Source of the DNA: a bacterium | GTDB lineage: Bacteria; SZUA-182; SZUA-191; JAJRXT01 | Length of the DNA stretch: 26,478 nucleotides | Direction: 5' to 3' | NCBI GenBank assembly: GCA_024277605.1 | Contig: JAJRUU010000168.1 | Location: 1 to 26,478, forward strand | Shown here: in pieces, positions 9,390 through 18,729 of the stretch | Position numbering within the stretch: position 1 is the stretch's first letter | Layout: every line of letters begins with the position of its first letter | The notes under the pieces: model-generated | Database searches by the model: none | What the model was told of the DNA's origin: nothing | Seen by the model: the letters and a program-made list of their open reading frames with translations, nothing else | Position numbers and translations under genes: made by a program

Positions 9390-11498
9390 TTATTTGGCTG
9401 CTGGATGTAAAGTGAATTGCTTCCAAGCCTTTCGGGCAGCTCCTTCTATTGTTTCCGGCGCTTGAATTTCTGCTGCGTTCCCGGTAGCGATTATAGTAAA
9501 AAGTTCAGTGGGCAGCTCCAGCTGTTTACTATAAACCATCTTTTTGGTAGCTTGCTTTGCTCCATAAACATAAGATATCCAACTATCGGTTAGTTTGGCC
9601 TCAAGCTGCTGATTGGTATCCGGTATTATCAGCATATATGCTCCCTTATTATTGCTGGACTTAAGTACTCCGGCGGGAGATAGTTCTACCTGTGTGGGAG
9701 CTAAGTTGAAGATGATCTCAATTTCATGCTTACCGCCGCCGCTCAATATATCATTGATTATAAAATAACCGGCTTGCTTTACAAATAATACCTGCCGCCG
9801 GTGAGTGACCTTATCGGCTAATCTATGATAGCAGTAGTGCTCGGCATCGAAAAAATCATATTCGGCTGAACTTTCCCAGCTGATAATTTTATACTGATTC
9901 TCTTCATCCACCCAGAGCGCATTTTCGGCAAGCCGGTGAAACTCTTGTTCATCCACCCGGATCGTATTGTGCGAGGAGGCGCTGATAAAATGCTTGCGCC
10001 ACTTAAGCGAACCGCTGTATGTATAGGTGCCGGGGTCGGCTATAAAGTGTTGTTCCTGGGCAAACAGGTCAAAACCTAAAATATCATTATGCCCGTGCAG
10101 CCCGTATTTGCTGCAGTGCAGTGTCAGATGTATATCTTTATGGCGCATTATGTAAAACCCGGCCTGATCATATGCTTTTGATTTAATAAGGCGTTTCTCC
10201 TTAACAGCCACACTATCAAAAGCCTTTAAACTATCAATCCCCAAGAGCCAGAATGAGGCTTCCGGCAATTTGGATGTTGATTTAAACCCTGGTTTTTCAA
10301 AGAGCATCGCTCCGGCAGCCAGACAAGCCAGATGACCGTTATCCCCCTGACTCCACAACCAGCCATTATCGGCATCACCAATCATAGGGGTACTGCCGTC
10401 GGGCCTGATATAGGCCAGCACGAATTCCAGCATTTTAATTACCCGTTTTTCTATAGCCGGGGGAACTGCTATATGGTTTAGTCGGCATAGTTGGATAGCC
10501 AGAAGTAAAATTTCCAGTACCTGGCGATGATAATCGATGGATTGCTCATAATCCACTCCATCCGGGTAAATCTGTTTCTCTGTCTGGCGCCATAAGATAT
10601 CAAGCCCCCTGGCTAACCACTTGGGGCCTACCTTAAAATCAGAAAGAAAAAGCCCCAGGCAGAAAAGCCCCAAGCCGTTAGCCATATAATGGTTGCCGAA
10701 TCTACCGTAGGGATTACCCTCCAGGTTACTTTGAATATATTTTCCATGTTGGATCAGCGACTTTATTAAGCCTATTTGTATATCTATAGTAAACGCGGGT
10801 GAGTCCAGGAAAAAATAATAGGCCCGGATCCAGCTTATTGCCCGCATAGCAGCCTCCATGGCACATGTCCAGTTACTGCCCCATTCTAAAGGGTTAGCTT
10901 CCCACCAACTTTGAAGTTGCCTTACAAATTCCCGGGCGTATTTTTCATCTCCGGTATACCAGTATGCCCGACCCAATGAAATAAAATGCTGAAAGCGGGA
11001 TAGTTCCCATGATATGCGCATATCACTTGGTTTTCCCAGCCCGGCGCAATTTATGTTTAAGTAATAATCGTTCCACGACACACCGAATCTCAGGTCGCTT
11101 TTCCATTCAATATCTTTTGAGAATTTTTGGCCCGGGTATCCCAACAGATCAAATACATGCTTACAGACTTGATCCGCTTTGGCGATAGTCCTTTTAGTGG
11201 AATCCGGGTAATTCCGGCGGGCGAGTTTTACATAGATATTTCGATTATGGTGTTCAAACAGGAAATGTGGGCTTTTGCGCTGGCTTATGTGCCGGGCTAA
11301 TGCCTCGCTCTCAGAATAATTATTTTGAGTAAGCCCCAGCAGTTTTTTATCGGTGAGGGTGGACGGCTTTAGATGGGGGCCATAAAGTCTTTTAAGCCCG
11401 GTTTTGGCTTTATTTAGCAGATTTATATACTTAAGACAGCTAAAATCAACCAGTCCCAAAGCGGCAAGCTCTTCCCGGCACTGTTTAATATACCCCAT
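9390..11498 (-). CDS. Heparinase II/III-like protein (alginate-lyase-like N domain plus heparinase II/III C domain)
   Basis: 702 aa. Motifs 'WGSNWTCAMEAAMRAISWIRAY' and 'HGHNDILGFDLFAQEQHFIADPGTYTY' match the conserved cores of heparinase II/III-family proteins. Sits 12 bp downstream of the radical SAM gene. Confidence 0.7.
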   Translation of the reverse strand: MGYIKQCREELAALGLVDFSCLKYINLLNKAKTGLKRLYGPHLKPSTLTDKKLLGLTQNNYSESEALARHISQRKSPHFLFEHHNRNIYVKLARRNYPDSTKRTIAKADQVCKHVFDLLGYPGQKFSKDIEWKSDLRFGVSWNDYYLNINCAGLGKPSDMRISWELSRFQHFISLGRAYWYTGDEKYAREFVRQLQSWWEANPLEWGSNWTCAMEAAMRAISWIRAYYFFLDSPAFTIDIQIGLIKSLIQHGKYIQSNLEGNPYGRFGNHYMANGLGLFCLGLFLSDFKVGPKWLARGLDILWRQTEKQIYPDGVDYEQSIDYHRQVLEILLLAIQLCRLNHIAVPPAIEKRVIKMLEFVLAYIRPDGSTPMIGDADNGWLWSQGDNGHLACLAAGAMLFEKPGFKSTSKLPEASFWLLGIDSLKAFDSVAVKEKRLIKSKAYDQAGFYIMRHKDIHLTLHCSKYGLHGHNDILGFDLFAQEQHFIADPGTYTYSGSLKWRKHFISASSHNTIRVDEQEFHRLAENALWVDEENQYKIISWESSAEYDFFDAEHYCYHRLADKVTHRRQVLFVKQAGYFIINDILSGGGKHEIEIIFNLAPTQVELSPAGVLKSSNNKGAYMLIIPDTNQQLEAKLTDSWISYVYGAKQATKKMVYSKQLELPTELFTIIATGNAAEIQAPETIEGAARKAWKQFTLHPAAK

Positions 11499-11510
11499 GG
11501 TTGATTTTAA

Positions 11511-12947
11511 TTAGAAGGGAGTATAGAGTTTACCGGCTAATTTGAGCAGGTGAAACTCGGGGGTGTTCCTGACCTGCCCATTTTTAAGCCGATAATGAGC
11601 CCATTTTTTTAGTGGCGCTAACCATGCCTGGGTTAAACCCGAGAACCTTTGTGGTTTGGTAAAAGTGAGCGCCCACATCAAGTGCACATCTTCAAAGTTA
11701 TAATCGCAGGCAGGCCGGAAAGACTCGGCTTTTGCAAAACAACGCTGTCCCCATTCCTCCAGAGTTTGAGGTTCATTGAAGGTCGGTAACTCTTTTATAG
11801 TGTTATATAGTTCAGTTCCCGGATAGGGGGTATAGTTGCTTAAGGTAAACTGCGTATTAGGGTTTGCCTCATATAATTCGACTGCCAGTTGTACTGTTTT
11901 TGCAACATCGTCGTCATTCTCAAAGGGGAAGCCCAGCATAAAAGAATACATGCCTTTGATATTATGCTTTTTTAACATCAAATTGGCGGCTTTAATGTGC
12001 TCTACCTTGATGCCTTTATTAATTTTATCTAATATCCTCTGAGAACCTGATTCAACTCCGAGGAAACAGTCATCCACTCCGGCTTCGGCCAGGGTGGAGA
12101 TTAGGGGTTCTTTGACATAGTCGATACGAATGCTAAAACCCCATTTAATCTTTAGATTTCTCTTTTTCAGCTCTCCGCAGAAATCTTCGGCCCGTTTTCG
12201 ATTGGTGAGGAAATTATCATCTACGAAATGAAATATGTCCACCTTAAACTTTTGCATTAAAAATTCGACTTCATCACAAATTTTCTTACCGCTTTTAGCC
12301 GATCTATGGCCTTTATTATACCCCTTGTTATAGCAAAACCGGCAAGTATGCGGGCAGCCGCGGGAACTGTGGAGCCGCAGGCAGCCATTCTGTATATAGT
12401 GCTCCATATTATGCTCAATGAGATGCCAGGCGGGCATGGGCAATGTTTCCATGTCCACCCATTCACGCACCGGATTCTCTATAATCTGACCCTCGTCTTT
12501 ATAAAAGATGCCCGGCAAGCCTTTTAAAGAGCCTCCCGCTTGTATTGTTTTCGCTAATTCTACCAGGGTAACTTCACCTTCATTAAGTACGATTATATCA
12601 ATGAGCGGATGTTTGATGGTCTGATGCGGCAGTAGTGAAGCATTGACTCCTCCCCAGACTATGGGTACCTGAGGGTCGGTCCGACGAATCAGCTCACATA
12701 TTTGCAGAGCGGAGATAATTTGATACCCCGTCATGCAGGTTATCCCTACCAGTATGGGTTTAGCCTGTACCCGGGCCTTGATTTGTTCCATAAAATCTTC
12801 CACCAGGCGGCAGTCTATTATTTCAACCTCATAGTCTGACTGCTCAAGGGGGGAGGCTAAAAACATCAGGTTTAAAGGAGGAAAAGCTTCCGCCAGTTTG
12901 GAGGTTCTTTCCTGTAGGAGAGGATATATTAATAAAATATCAGCCAT
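11511..12947 (-). CDS. Cobalamin (B12)-binding radical SAM enzyme (class B)
   Basis: 478 aa. GGAGGAATGAAAAATG RBS. N-terminal B12-binding Rossmann-like region ('ILVGITCMTGYQIISALQICELIRR...IVWGGVNASL'), then the radical SAM CxxxCxxC motif 'SRGCPHTCRFCYNKG'. Confidence 0.85.
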   Translation of the reverse strand: MADILLIYPLLQERTSKLAEAFPPLNLMFLASPLEQSDYEVEIIDCRLVEDFMEQIKARVQAKPILVGITCMTGYQIISALQICELIRRTDPQVPIVWGGVNASLLPHQTIKHPLIDIIVLNEGEVTLVELAKTIQAGGSLKGLPGIFYKDEGQIIENPVREWVDMETLPMPAWHLIEHNMEHYIQNGCLRLHSSRGCPHTCRFCYNKGYNKGHRSAKSGKKICDEVEFLMQKFKVDIFHFVDDNFLTNRKRAEDFCGELKKRNLKIKWGFSIRIDYVKEPLISTLAEAGVDDCFLGVESGSQRILDKINKGIKVEHIKAANLMLKKHNIKGMYSFMLGFPFENDDDVAKTVQLAVELYEANPNTQFTLSNYTPYPGTELYNTIKELPTFNEPQTLEEWGQRCFAKAESFRPACDYNFEDVHLMWALTFTKPQRFSGLTQAWLAPLKKWAHYRLKNGQVRNTPEFHLLKLAGKLYTPF

Positions 12948-13025
12948 TTTTCATTCCTCCAGCAGCCTGCCACAGGCTCGTGAGTAACCCAAATACACTA
13001 TATCTGTCAGCGATTAGCATCCATA

Positions 13026-13913
13026 TTACCAGATCACTTTATTCAAAGGATATTCCACAATACCGGTGGCCCCGGCACGTTTTAGCCGCGGAATGATATC
13101 CCGCACTGTTTTTTCATCAATGATGGTGTCCACGCCTATCCAGTTATCATCTTTTAAAGCGGATATGGTGGGGGACTGCATAGCCGGCAGAATGTCCAGC
13201 ACGGCGGCTAGTTTGTCTTTTTGTACATTCATTTTAAGCCCCACTTTTTCCTCAGCCAGGATAGCCCCCTGTAAAAGACAGGCCAGGTTTTCCAACTTCT
13301 GGCGTTTCCAGTCATCCTGCCAGGCGGTCTTATTCGCAATCAACCTGGTGGTGGATTCCATGACCGTATCTACAATCCGTAAATTATTAGCCCGCAGTGA
13401 ACGACCGGTTTCGGTGAGCTCGATAATAGCGTCAGCCAATTGCGGCGGCTTTACCTCAGTAGCGCCCCAGGAGAATTCCACCTGGGCCGATATGTTGTGC
13501 TTTTGCAGAAATTTCTTGGCAACCCCCACCAGTTCAGTGGATATACGCTTACCTTCTAAGTCGGATACCTTTTGTATATCGGAATCATTGGGTACGGCAA
13601 TTACCCACTTTACCGGACGCAATCCCTCCTTGGCGTAGTTTAGTTCGGCCACTTCTTCTACATCGGCGGATTGTTCGGTAATCCAGTCCAGGCCGGTAAT
13701 TCCGGCATCCAATACTCCGTCTTCCACATAAATAGCCATCTCCTGCGCCCGGATAAGCATGGCCTCAATTTCCGGATCATTGATACTGGGATAATATGAA
13801 CGGCTGATGACCCCCAGGCGGTAACCGGCTTTAGCAAACATTTTGACCGTTGATTCCTGTAAACTCCCCTTGGGAATTCCTAACTTAAGCTTCAATTGCA
13901 TCTCCTTAAACAT
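13026..13913 (-). CDS. hisG: ATP phosphoribosyltransferase, long form (HisG with C-terminal regulatory domain)
   Basis: 295 aa. '[10 protein letters not shown]', '[20 protein letters not shown]' and '[19 protein letters not shown]' align with conserved HisG-L motifs. The start may instead be the TTG two codons after the in-frame ATG at 13901-13899, preceded by AAGGAG (minus strand). Confidence 0.88.
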   Translation of the reverse strand: MFKEMQLKLKLGIPKGSLQESTVKMFAKAGYRLGVISRSYYPSINDPEIEAMLIRAQEMAIYVEDGVLDAGITGLDWITEQSADVEEVAELNYAKEGLRPVKWVIAVPNDSDIQKVSDLEGKRISTELVGVAKKFLQKHNISAQVEFSWGATEVKPPQLADAIIELTETGRSLRANNLRIVDTVMESTTRLIANKTAWQDDWKRQKLENLACLLQGAILAEEKVGLKMNVQKDKLAAVLDILPAMQSPTISALKDDNWIGVDTIIDEKTVRDIIPRLKRAGATGIVEYPLNKVIW

Positions 13914-13952
13914 AAAATATTAGGTGTAACCCGGATTATTTGCTGAGTTTAA

Positions 13953-14025
13953 CCCGACCTATTCATGAATTCAGGCTGGGTTTGCAAGACATCCCTTGCG
14001 AGATAAGCTTTATAAGCCAACGTCC
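13953..14025 (+). repeat. 73-bp dispersed repeat, copy A1
   Basis: cccgacctattcatgaattcaggctgggtttgcaagacatcccttgcgagataagctttataagccaacgtcc. Near-identical to 14223-14295 and reverse-complementary to 18558-18630 and 19558-19630. Contains an internal 7-bp stem hairpin ttgcaag/cttgcga. Confidence 0.9.
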
Positions 14026-14046
14026 TGAAGAAACAGGCTGTGCCTG

Positions 14047-14061
14047 CCCGAATTTTTCGGG
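14047..14061. repeat. Conserved small hairpin cccgaatttttcggg (also present, inverted, at 18454-18470 and 19224-19240)
   Basis: 6-bp stem, 3-nt loop. The same 17-mer context (gacccgaaaaattcgggtt and its reverse complement) recurs at the start of both long repeat copies. Confidence 0.7.
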
Positions 14062-14105
14062 TTAAAAAAGTATCCCTATTATAATAGTTTTCTATCAAAA
14101 AGCAA

Positions 14106-14115
14106 GGGGGGGGGG
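14106..14115. repeat. G10 homopolymeric tract
   Basis: Ten consecutive G residues between repeat copies A1 and A2, followed by caagtcccc, inside the divergent hisG / SPFH-operon intergenic region. Confidence 0.9.
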
Positions 14116-14222
14116 CAAGTCCCCACGGGATAAGTCCCCTTTTATTTAAGGCTAACTATAGCGTGTCATTGCTCAACCGCAGGTGGACGGCGGCGTTTTT
14201 GGTATTTTAGCACCGCATTATT

Positions 14223-14295
14223 CCCGACCTATTCATAAATTCAGGCTGGGTTTGCAAGACATCCCTTGCGAGATAAGGTTTATAAGCCAACGTCC
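14223..14295 (+). repeat. 73-bp dispersed repeat, copy A2
   Basis: 70/73 identical to copy A1. Differences: catgaa to cataaa, aagctt to aaggtt. Confidence 0.9.
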
Positions 14296-14431
14296 AAATT
14301 GCGGGAGACAAAGTAATGATAATCGACTTCGGAGGGATACAGCGCCGCGTAAATAGGAGTCCGGCCTGGATTGGCGATTGTCACCGGCGGCAATCCCCGG
14401 TAACGGGATTACAGCTTACACACTGTTTTTC

Positions 14432-14460
14432 TTGACAGGCCAGTAAACTTGTTCCATAAT
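14432..14460 (+). promoter_or_regulatory. Near-consensus sigma70-type promoter (TTGACA-N17-CATAAT) for the SPFH-mdh-ndk-mobA-nrnA gene string
   Basis: TTGACA at 14432-14437, 17-nt spacer, CATAAT at 14455-14460. Sits about 110 nt upstream of the first CDS. GGAGAG RBS before the start. Confidence 0.55.
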
Positions 14461-14572
14461 GTGGATTACATAAACTAGGTAAAGATTGTATTACTTTAGC
14501 AAAACAAGCATAGATACTGCCGTTTCTTGTTAAAATCAGTTTGTTGTAATTTACCCTCTTACTGCGGAGAGA

Positions 14573-15328
14573 TTGATCATGTCGTTTGCATTTATTGTTC
14601 CTTTAGTTATTATAGTTTATTTGATAAATTCGGTTAAAATATTAAAAGAATACGAGCGGGGAGTCATCTTCCGCTTAGGCCGGGTGTTGCCCCAACCCAA
14701 AGGGCCGGGTTTAATACTGGTCTTTGCCCCGATTGATACCATGACGCGGATATCATTAAGGGTGGTGGTGCTGGACGTGCCTGAGCAGGATATCATTACC
14801 CGCGACAATGTATCAGCGAAGGTTAATGCGGTGGTTTATTTTAGGGTAATGGATGCTAATAAGGCTGTACTTGAGATAGAAAATTTCTTGTTCGCCACAT
14901 CTCAATTGGCGCAGACCACCTTAAGGAGTGTGATGGGGCAAGTTACGCTGGATGAACTCCTTTCGGATCGCGAAAAAATAAGCAGCCAGCTTCAGGAAAT
15001 TCTGGATAAAATGACCGATCCCTGGGGCATAAAGGTCTCCAACGTGGAAATAAAGCACGTGGATCTGCCAGAGGACATGAAGCGGGCCATGGCCCGTGAG
15101 GCCGAAGCTGAAAGGGAGCGGCGGGCTAAGGTCATCAGCGCCGAGGGTGAATATCAATCGGCCGAGAAGCTGGTAATGGCGGCTGAAATGATGGGCAAAC
15201 ATCCCATATCGGTACAGCTTAGATACCTGGAAACTTTGGTCAAAGTGGCTTCGGATCAAAACACCACCACCCTGTTTCCTATCCCCATAGATTTTTTAAA
15301 CGCCTTTATAGATAAAAACACGAAATAG
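14573..15328 (+). CDS. SPFH/band-7 (stomatin/prohibitin-like) membrane protein
   Basis: 251 aa. N-terminal TM then '[18 protein letters not shown]' and an SPFH domain with a C-terminal coiled coil '[19 protein letters not shown]'. The ORF track starts at TTG 14573. ATG at 14579, 8 nt after GGAGAG, is the more likely start. Confidence 0.85.
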   Translation: MIMSFAFIVPLVIIVYLINSVKILKEYERGVIFRLGRVLPQPKGPGLILVFAPIDTMTRISLRVVVLDVPEQDIITRDNVSAKVNAVVYFRVMDANKAVLEIENFLFATSQLAQTTLRSVMGQVTLDELLSDREKISSQLQEILDKMTDPWGIKVSNVEIKHVDLPEDMKRAMAREAEAERERRAKVISAEGEYQSAEKLVMAAEMMGKHPISVQLRYLETLVKVASDQNTTTLFPIPIDFLNAFIDKNTK

Positions 15329-15355
15329 AATTAACCTGAAAGTCGGAGTAATGCT

Positions 15356-16294
15356 ATGCCTCAAAAGGTAACCGTAGTTGGAGCAGGACATGTAGGGGCC
15401 ACGACAGCCCAGCGCATTGCCGAAACTAATTTAGCAAATGTAGTGCTATTGGATATATTAGCGGGTATCCCCCAGGGCAAGGCTTTGGATATCTGGGAAT
15501 CAGGTCCGGTGTGCGGTTTTAGCAGTCAGGTCATCGGTAGTAACGATTACGCCGACAGCGCTGATTCTGATTTGGTGATTATCACCGCCGGGATCGCCCG
15601 TAAGCCGGGGATGAGCCGTGAGGACTTACTGGCCACAAATGCCAGAATCATAGCCTCTGTCACCAAAGAAGTAACTCGCTACTCTCCCGAGACTATTATT
15701 TTAGTGGTTACCAATCCGCTGGATGTGATGGCGTATCTGGTTAATAAATTAAGCGGGTTTCCTAAACAAAAAGTAGTCGGCATGGCCGGGATTCTGGATG
15801 GTTCCCGTTTTCGCAGCTTCCTTGCGCAGGAGCTGGGAGTCTCCCCCCAAAGTGTCCAGGCCTTGGTGCTGGGTGGGCATGGCGATACAATGGTACCTCT
15901 GCCGCGTTATGCCAGCGTGGGGGGAATACCTCTTACCGAGTTGCTTGACCCTGAGCAGATAGAGCGTTTAGTACAGCGTACCCGCCAGGGGGGAGCTGAG
16001 ATTGTGGGACACTTAAAAACCGGCAGCGCCTATTATGCCCCCTCGGCCGCCGCAGCAGAGATGGCCGAAGCAATTCTGCTGGATAATAAAAAACTGCTGC
16101 CCTGTTCAGCTTATCTGGAAGGTGAGTATGCTTTGAACGATATATATATGGGGATGCCGGTTGTGTTGGGCGGCGGCGGAGTAGAGCGCATCATCGAGCT
16201 TAAACTAACCCCGGCAGAACAAAACCTGCTTTTGCAGAGCGCGGCTAAAGTCAAAGAAAGCCTTAAGCTACTGGAACAACTGGAATTATTTTAA
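15356..16294 (+). CDS. mdh: Malate dehydrogenase, NAD-dependent, LDH-like family
   Basis: 312 aa. 'KVTVVGAGHVGAT' NAD-binding GxGxxG. 'ITAGIARKPGMSREDLL' and 'VTNPLDVM' catalytic-loop motifs of LDH-type MDH. Confidence 0.88.
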   Translation: MPQKVTVVGAGHVGATTAQRIAETNLANVVLLDILAGIPQGKALDIWESGPVCGFSSQVIGSNDYADSADSDLVIITAGIARKPGMSREDLLATNARIIASVTKEVTRYSPETIILVVTNPLDVMAYLVNKLSGFPKQKVVGMAGILDGSRFRSFLAQELGVSPQSVQALVLGGHGDTMVPLPRYASVGGIPLTELLDPEQIERLVQRTRQGGAEIVGHLKTGSAYYAPSAAAAEMAEAILLDNKKLLPCSAYLEGEYALNDIYMGMPVVLGGGGVERIIELKLTPAEQNLLLQSAAKVKESLKLLEQLELF

Positions 16295-16319
16295 AACCAC
16301 AATCACACTGGGAGTTTCA

Positions 16320-16748
16320 ATGGAAAAAACCTTGGTTATCGTAAAACCGGATGCGGTCTGCCGGGGCTATAGCGGAAAAATATTGGGTATCTTAGAGGAA
16401 CACGGACTAAAACTGCGGGCGCTGAAGATGCTACAGTTAGATAAACAGCAAGCGCAGGGATTCTATGCGGTACATAAAGAAAGGCCCTTCTACGACAGTC
16501 TAACCAGTTATATGTCATCAGGGCCGGTAGTGGCTGCGCTGTTGGAAGGCGATGAAGCCATAAGTAAAGTACGCCAACTTTTAGGTGACACTGATTCTAA
16601 AAAAGCAGCGCCAGGTACCATCCGCGCCAGCTTCGGTCAAAACCGGGAGCAGAACGCCATTCATGCTTCAGATTCACCTGGGTCAGCGGCTTTTGAAATA
16701 CCGTTTTTATTTAATGAGCTGGAAATAACGGATTACGATCCCCAATAA
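16320..16748 (+). CDS. ndk: Nucleoside diphosphate kinase
   Basis: 142 aa. 'KTLVIVKPDAV' N-terminus and 'NAIHASDS' active-site histidine motif. Confidence 0.9.
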   Translation: MEKTLVIVKPDAVCRGYSGKILGILEEHGLKLRALKMLQLDKQQAQGFYAVHKERPFYDSLTSYMSSGPVVAALLEGDEAISKVRQLLGDTDSKKAAPGTIRASFGQNREQNAIHASDSPGSAAFEIPFLFNELEITDYDPQ

Positions 16749-16816
16749 TGGGGTCTTATTAGATACAAACCGGTGTTTAGTGTAAGGCCTTAAGTTTATA
16801 AGTCCTGACTAAGGTT

Positions 16817-17434
16817 ATGAATAGATCGCATAAAAAAAACATGACCGGGGTAATCCTGGCAGGCGGCATGGGACGTCGGCTGGGGCAATCCAAAACACAG
16901 GTACAGGTAGAGGGACAAGCGCTCATTAAGCGTGTTTTAGAGGCGCTCAGGCCACTGTTTGATGAGTTATTGATAATCGGTGGTGACCAAAGCCAGGCTG
17001 TACATGATTCAGGCGTTAAGAGGCTAACTGATGTAATCCCGAAAAAAGGCTCATTAGGCGGTATCTATAGCGGCTTGTGTTATACAGCGGCTTCCCGGAT
17101 ATTTTGCTTTGCCTGTGATATGCCATTTCTGGACGCAGGGTTAATTAAGCATATGATTAATAATGCTGCCTCCCAGGATGTGCTGATTCCTCAATTTGAC
17201 GGCGAGTTGCATCCCTTACACGCAATCTATAGCCAGGCTTGCCGAGAGCCTATAACACAACAGTTGGATATGGACGAGTTAAAGATTATAAATTTCTTTT
17301 CCCGGGTTAAAGTAAATTATGTGACTGCGGAGGAGATACGCCGACTAAATCCCGGCGGCTATTGCTTATTTAATATAAATACTCGCCAGGACTTACATAA
17401 CGCCCGTAAGATAGCCAAGAGGATACGCCATTAA
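16817..17434 (+). CDS. mobA: Molybdenum cofactor guanylyltransferase (MobA-like NTP transferase)
   Basis: 205 aa. 'GVILAGGMGRRLG' nucleotide-binding motif of the MobA family, of typical length. Confidence 0.78.
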   Translation: MNRSHKKNMTGVILAGGMGRRLGQSKTQVQVEGQALIKRVLEALRPLFDELLIIGGDQSQAVHDSGVKRLTDVIPKKGSLGGIYSGLCYTAASRIFCFACDMPFLDAGLIKHMINNAASQDVLIPQFDGELHPLHAIYSQACREPITQQLDMDELKIINFFSRVKVNYVTAEEIRRLNPGGYCLFNINTRQDLHNARKIAKRIRH

Positions 17435-17459
17435 TACGCCAGCGAATCAATGGCCAAGC

Positions 17460-18500
17460 TTGGAAAAAGCGCTTAACGGCTGCAAGAGACTGCTTATATT
17501 ACCCCACAACAACCCGGATCCGGATGCTATCTGTAGCTCACTGGCGCTTAAATATCTGGTTAAGGAAAAGTTGGGGGTGCGTTCTCAGATAGTATTAGCC
17601 GGTATTATCGGCCGCGCTGAGAATCAAGCCCTGGTCAGGGAATTAAAGATTAAATTTACCCCGGTGAATCAGATTGATTTCAAGGCTTATAAACATATTG
17701 CCCTGGTCGATACCCAGCCGGGATTCGGCAATAACAGCCTCCCTAAACATTGTATCCCCAGCATAGTTATTGATCACCATCCGCTTAAGCGCAGCATAAA
17801 GGGAAGCTTTATTGATGTGCGCCCGCATTATGGGGCCAATGCCACCATCATCACTGAGTACCTAATGGAAAATGAGCTTAAACCGCCACCGCGTATTTGC
17901 ACCGCCTTAAGCTTCGGCATTAGCTCTGAAACCGAAGATTTGGGACGGGACGCCACGCCTCATGATGTAACAGCCTTTGTGCAGTTATTCCCCAAGGTGG
18001 CTTTAAAGACCCTATCCCGCATCAAGAACCCCAGCCTAAGCAATGAATATTACTATAACCTTGATAGCGCACTGCATAACGCCTTTGTCTATAAACATGT
18101 CATTGGCACTACATTAGGTTGGGTAAATCAACCGGATGTGGTATCCCAGATAGCGGATATGCTCTTAAAAAAAGAACGTACCAGCTGGTCCATATGCCTG
18201 GCCCGTTATGATAGTAGATTATTTGTTTCTATCAGAACTCAAAACAGGAAGGCGAAGGCCGGAAAATTACTAAGAAAGATTCTAGCCGGTCGCGGCAGCG
18301 CCGGGGGACATGACATGATTGCCGGTGGACAGGTAAACTGTAGCGGCCAGGATGAGGCGGGTTATACCAAATTAGAGCAAGAAATAATAAGCAGGTTTTT
18401 TAAGGCCTTGGGCTTTAAGCAAGAAATCCAATTAAGAAAATTTTTGCCGCCTAACCCGAAAAATTCGGGTCTTGTTATGGGCGAATCGATATTTAGTTGA
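17460..18500 (+). CDS. nrnA: DHH/DHHA1 phosphoesterase, NrnA-like (nanoRNase/pAp phosphatase)
   Basis: 346 aa. 'LILPHNNPDPDAICSS' DHH motif region, 'VIDHH' and DHHA1 'GGHDMIAGG' motif. The only start in frame after the upstream stop is TTG at 17460. The last 16 codons lie inside the composite repeat at 18451-18630. Confidence 0.78.
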   Translation: MEKALNGCKRLLILPHNNPDPDAICSSLALKYLVKEKLGVRSQIVLAGIIGRAENQALVRELKIKFTPVNQIDFKAYKHIALVDTQPGFGNNSLPKHCIPSIVIDHHPLKRSIKGSFIDVRPHYGANATIITEYLMENELKPPPRICTALSFGISSETEDLGRDATPHDVTAFVQLFPKVALKTLSRIKNPSLSNEYYYNLDSALHNAFVYKHVIGTTLGWVNQPDVVSQIADMLLKKERTSWSICLARYDSRLFVSIRTQNRKAKAGKLLRKILAGRGSAGGHDMIAGGQVNCSGQDEAGYTKLEQEIISRFFKALGFKQEIQLRKFLPPNPKNSGLVMGESIFS

Positions 18501-18630
18501 AAATTATAAATTTATCAGTCTCCTATTCCTATCCCCTTGGGCAAACAAAGTTTTATTGGACGTTGGCCTATAAACCTTATCTCGCAAGGGGTGTCTTGCA
18601 AACCCAGCCTAAATTTATGAATAGGTCGGG
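18451..18630 (+). repeat. ~180-bp composite repeat, copy 1 (hairpin + ~95-bp spacer + inverted 73-bp element B1 at 18558-18630)
   Basis: Collinear and more than 95% identical to 19221-19287 plus 19508-19630. Overlaps the 3' end of the DHH gene. Confidence 0.9.
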
Positions 18631-18693
18631 TAAGGAATAACAGGCAACTTATCATTGACATTTAGAGTTATTTTTTATAAATTACTTAAAAGA

Positions 18694-18722
18694 TTGACAG
18701 CAGACAGAATAGCTAATGTATT
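18694..18722 (+). promoter_or_regulatory. Candidate tRNA promoter (TTGACA-N17-TGTATT) with AT-rich UP-like region; possible second TTGACA at 18655
   Basis: TTGACA at 18694-18699. Weak -10 at 18717-18722, 7-8 nt before the tRNA 5' end. A tttttataaattacttaaaa tract lies upstream. A second TTGACA at 18655-18660 is followed by an AT-rich -10-like tataaat. Confidence 0.35.
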
Positions 18723-18729
18723 TCTATGT

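Noticed and set aside
13066-13638. 190-aa plus-strand ORF
   Set aside because: Fully antisense to the well-supported hisG coding sequence, with Ser/Ala/Cys-rich composition. An antisense artefact.
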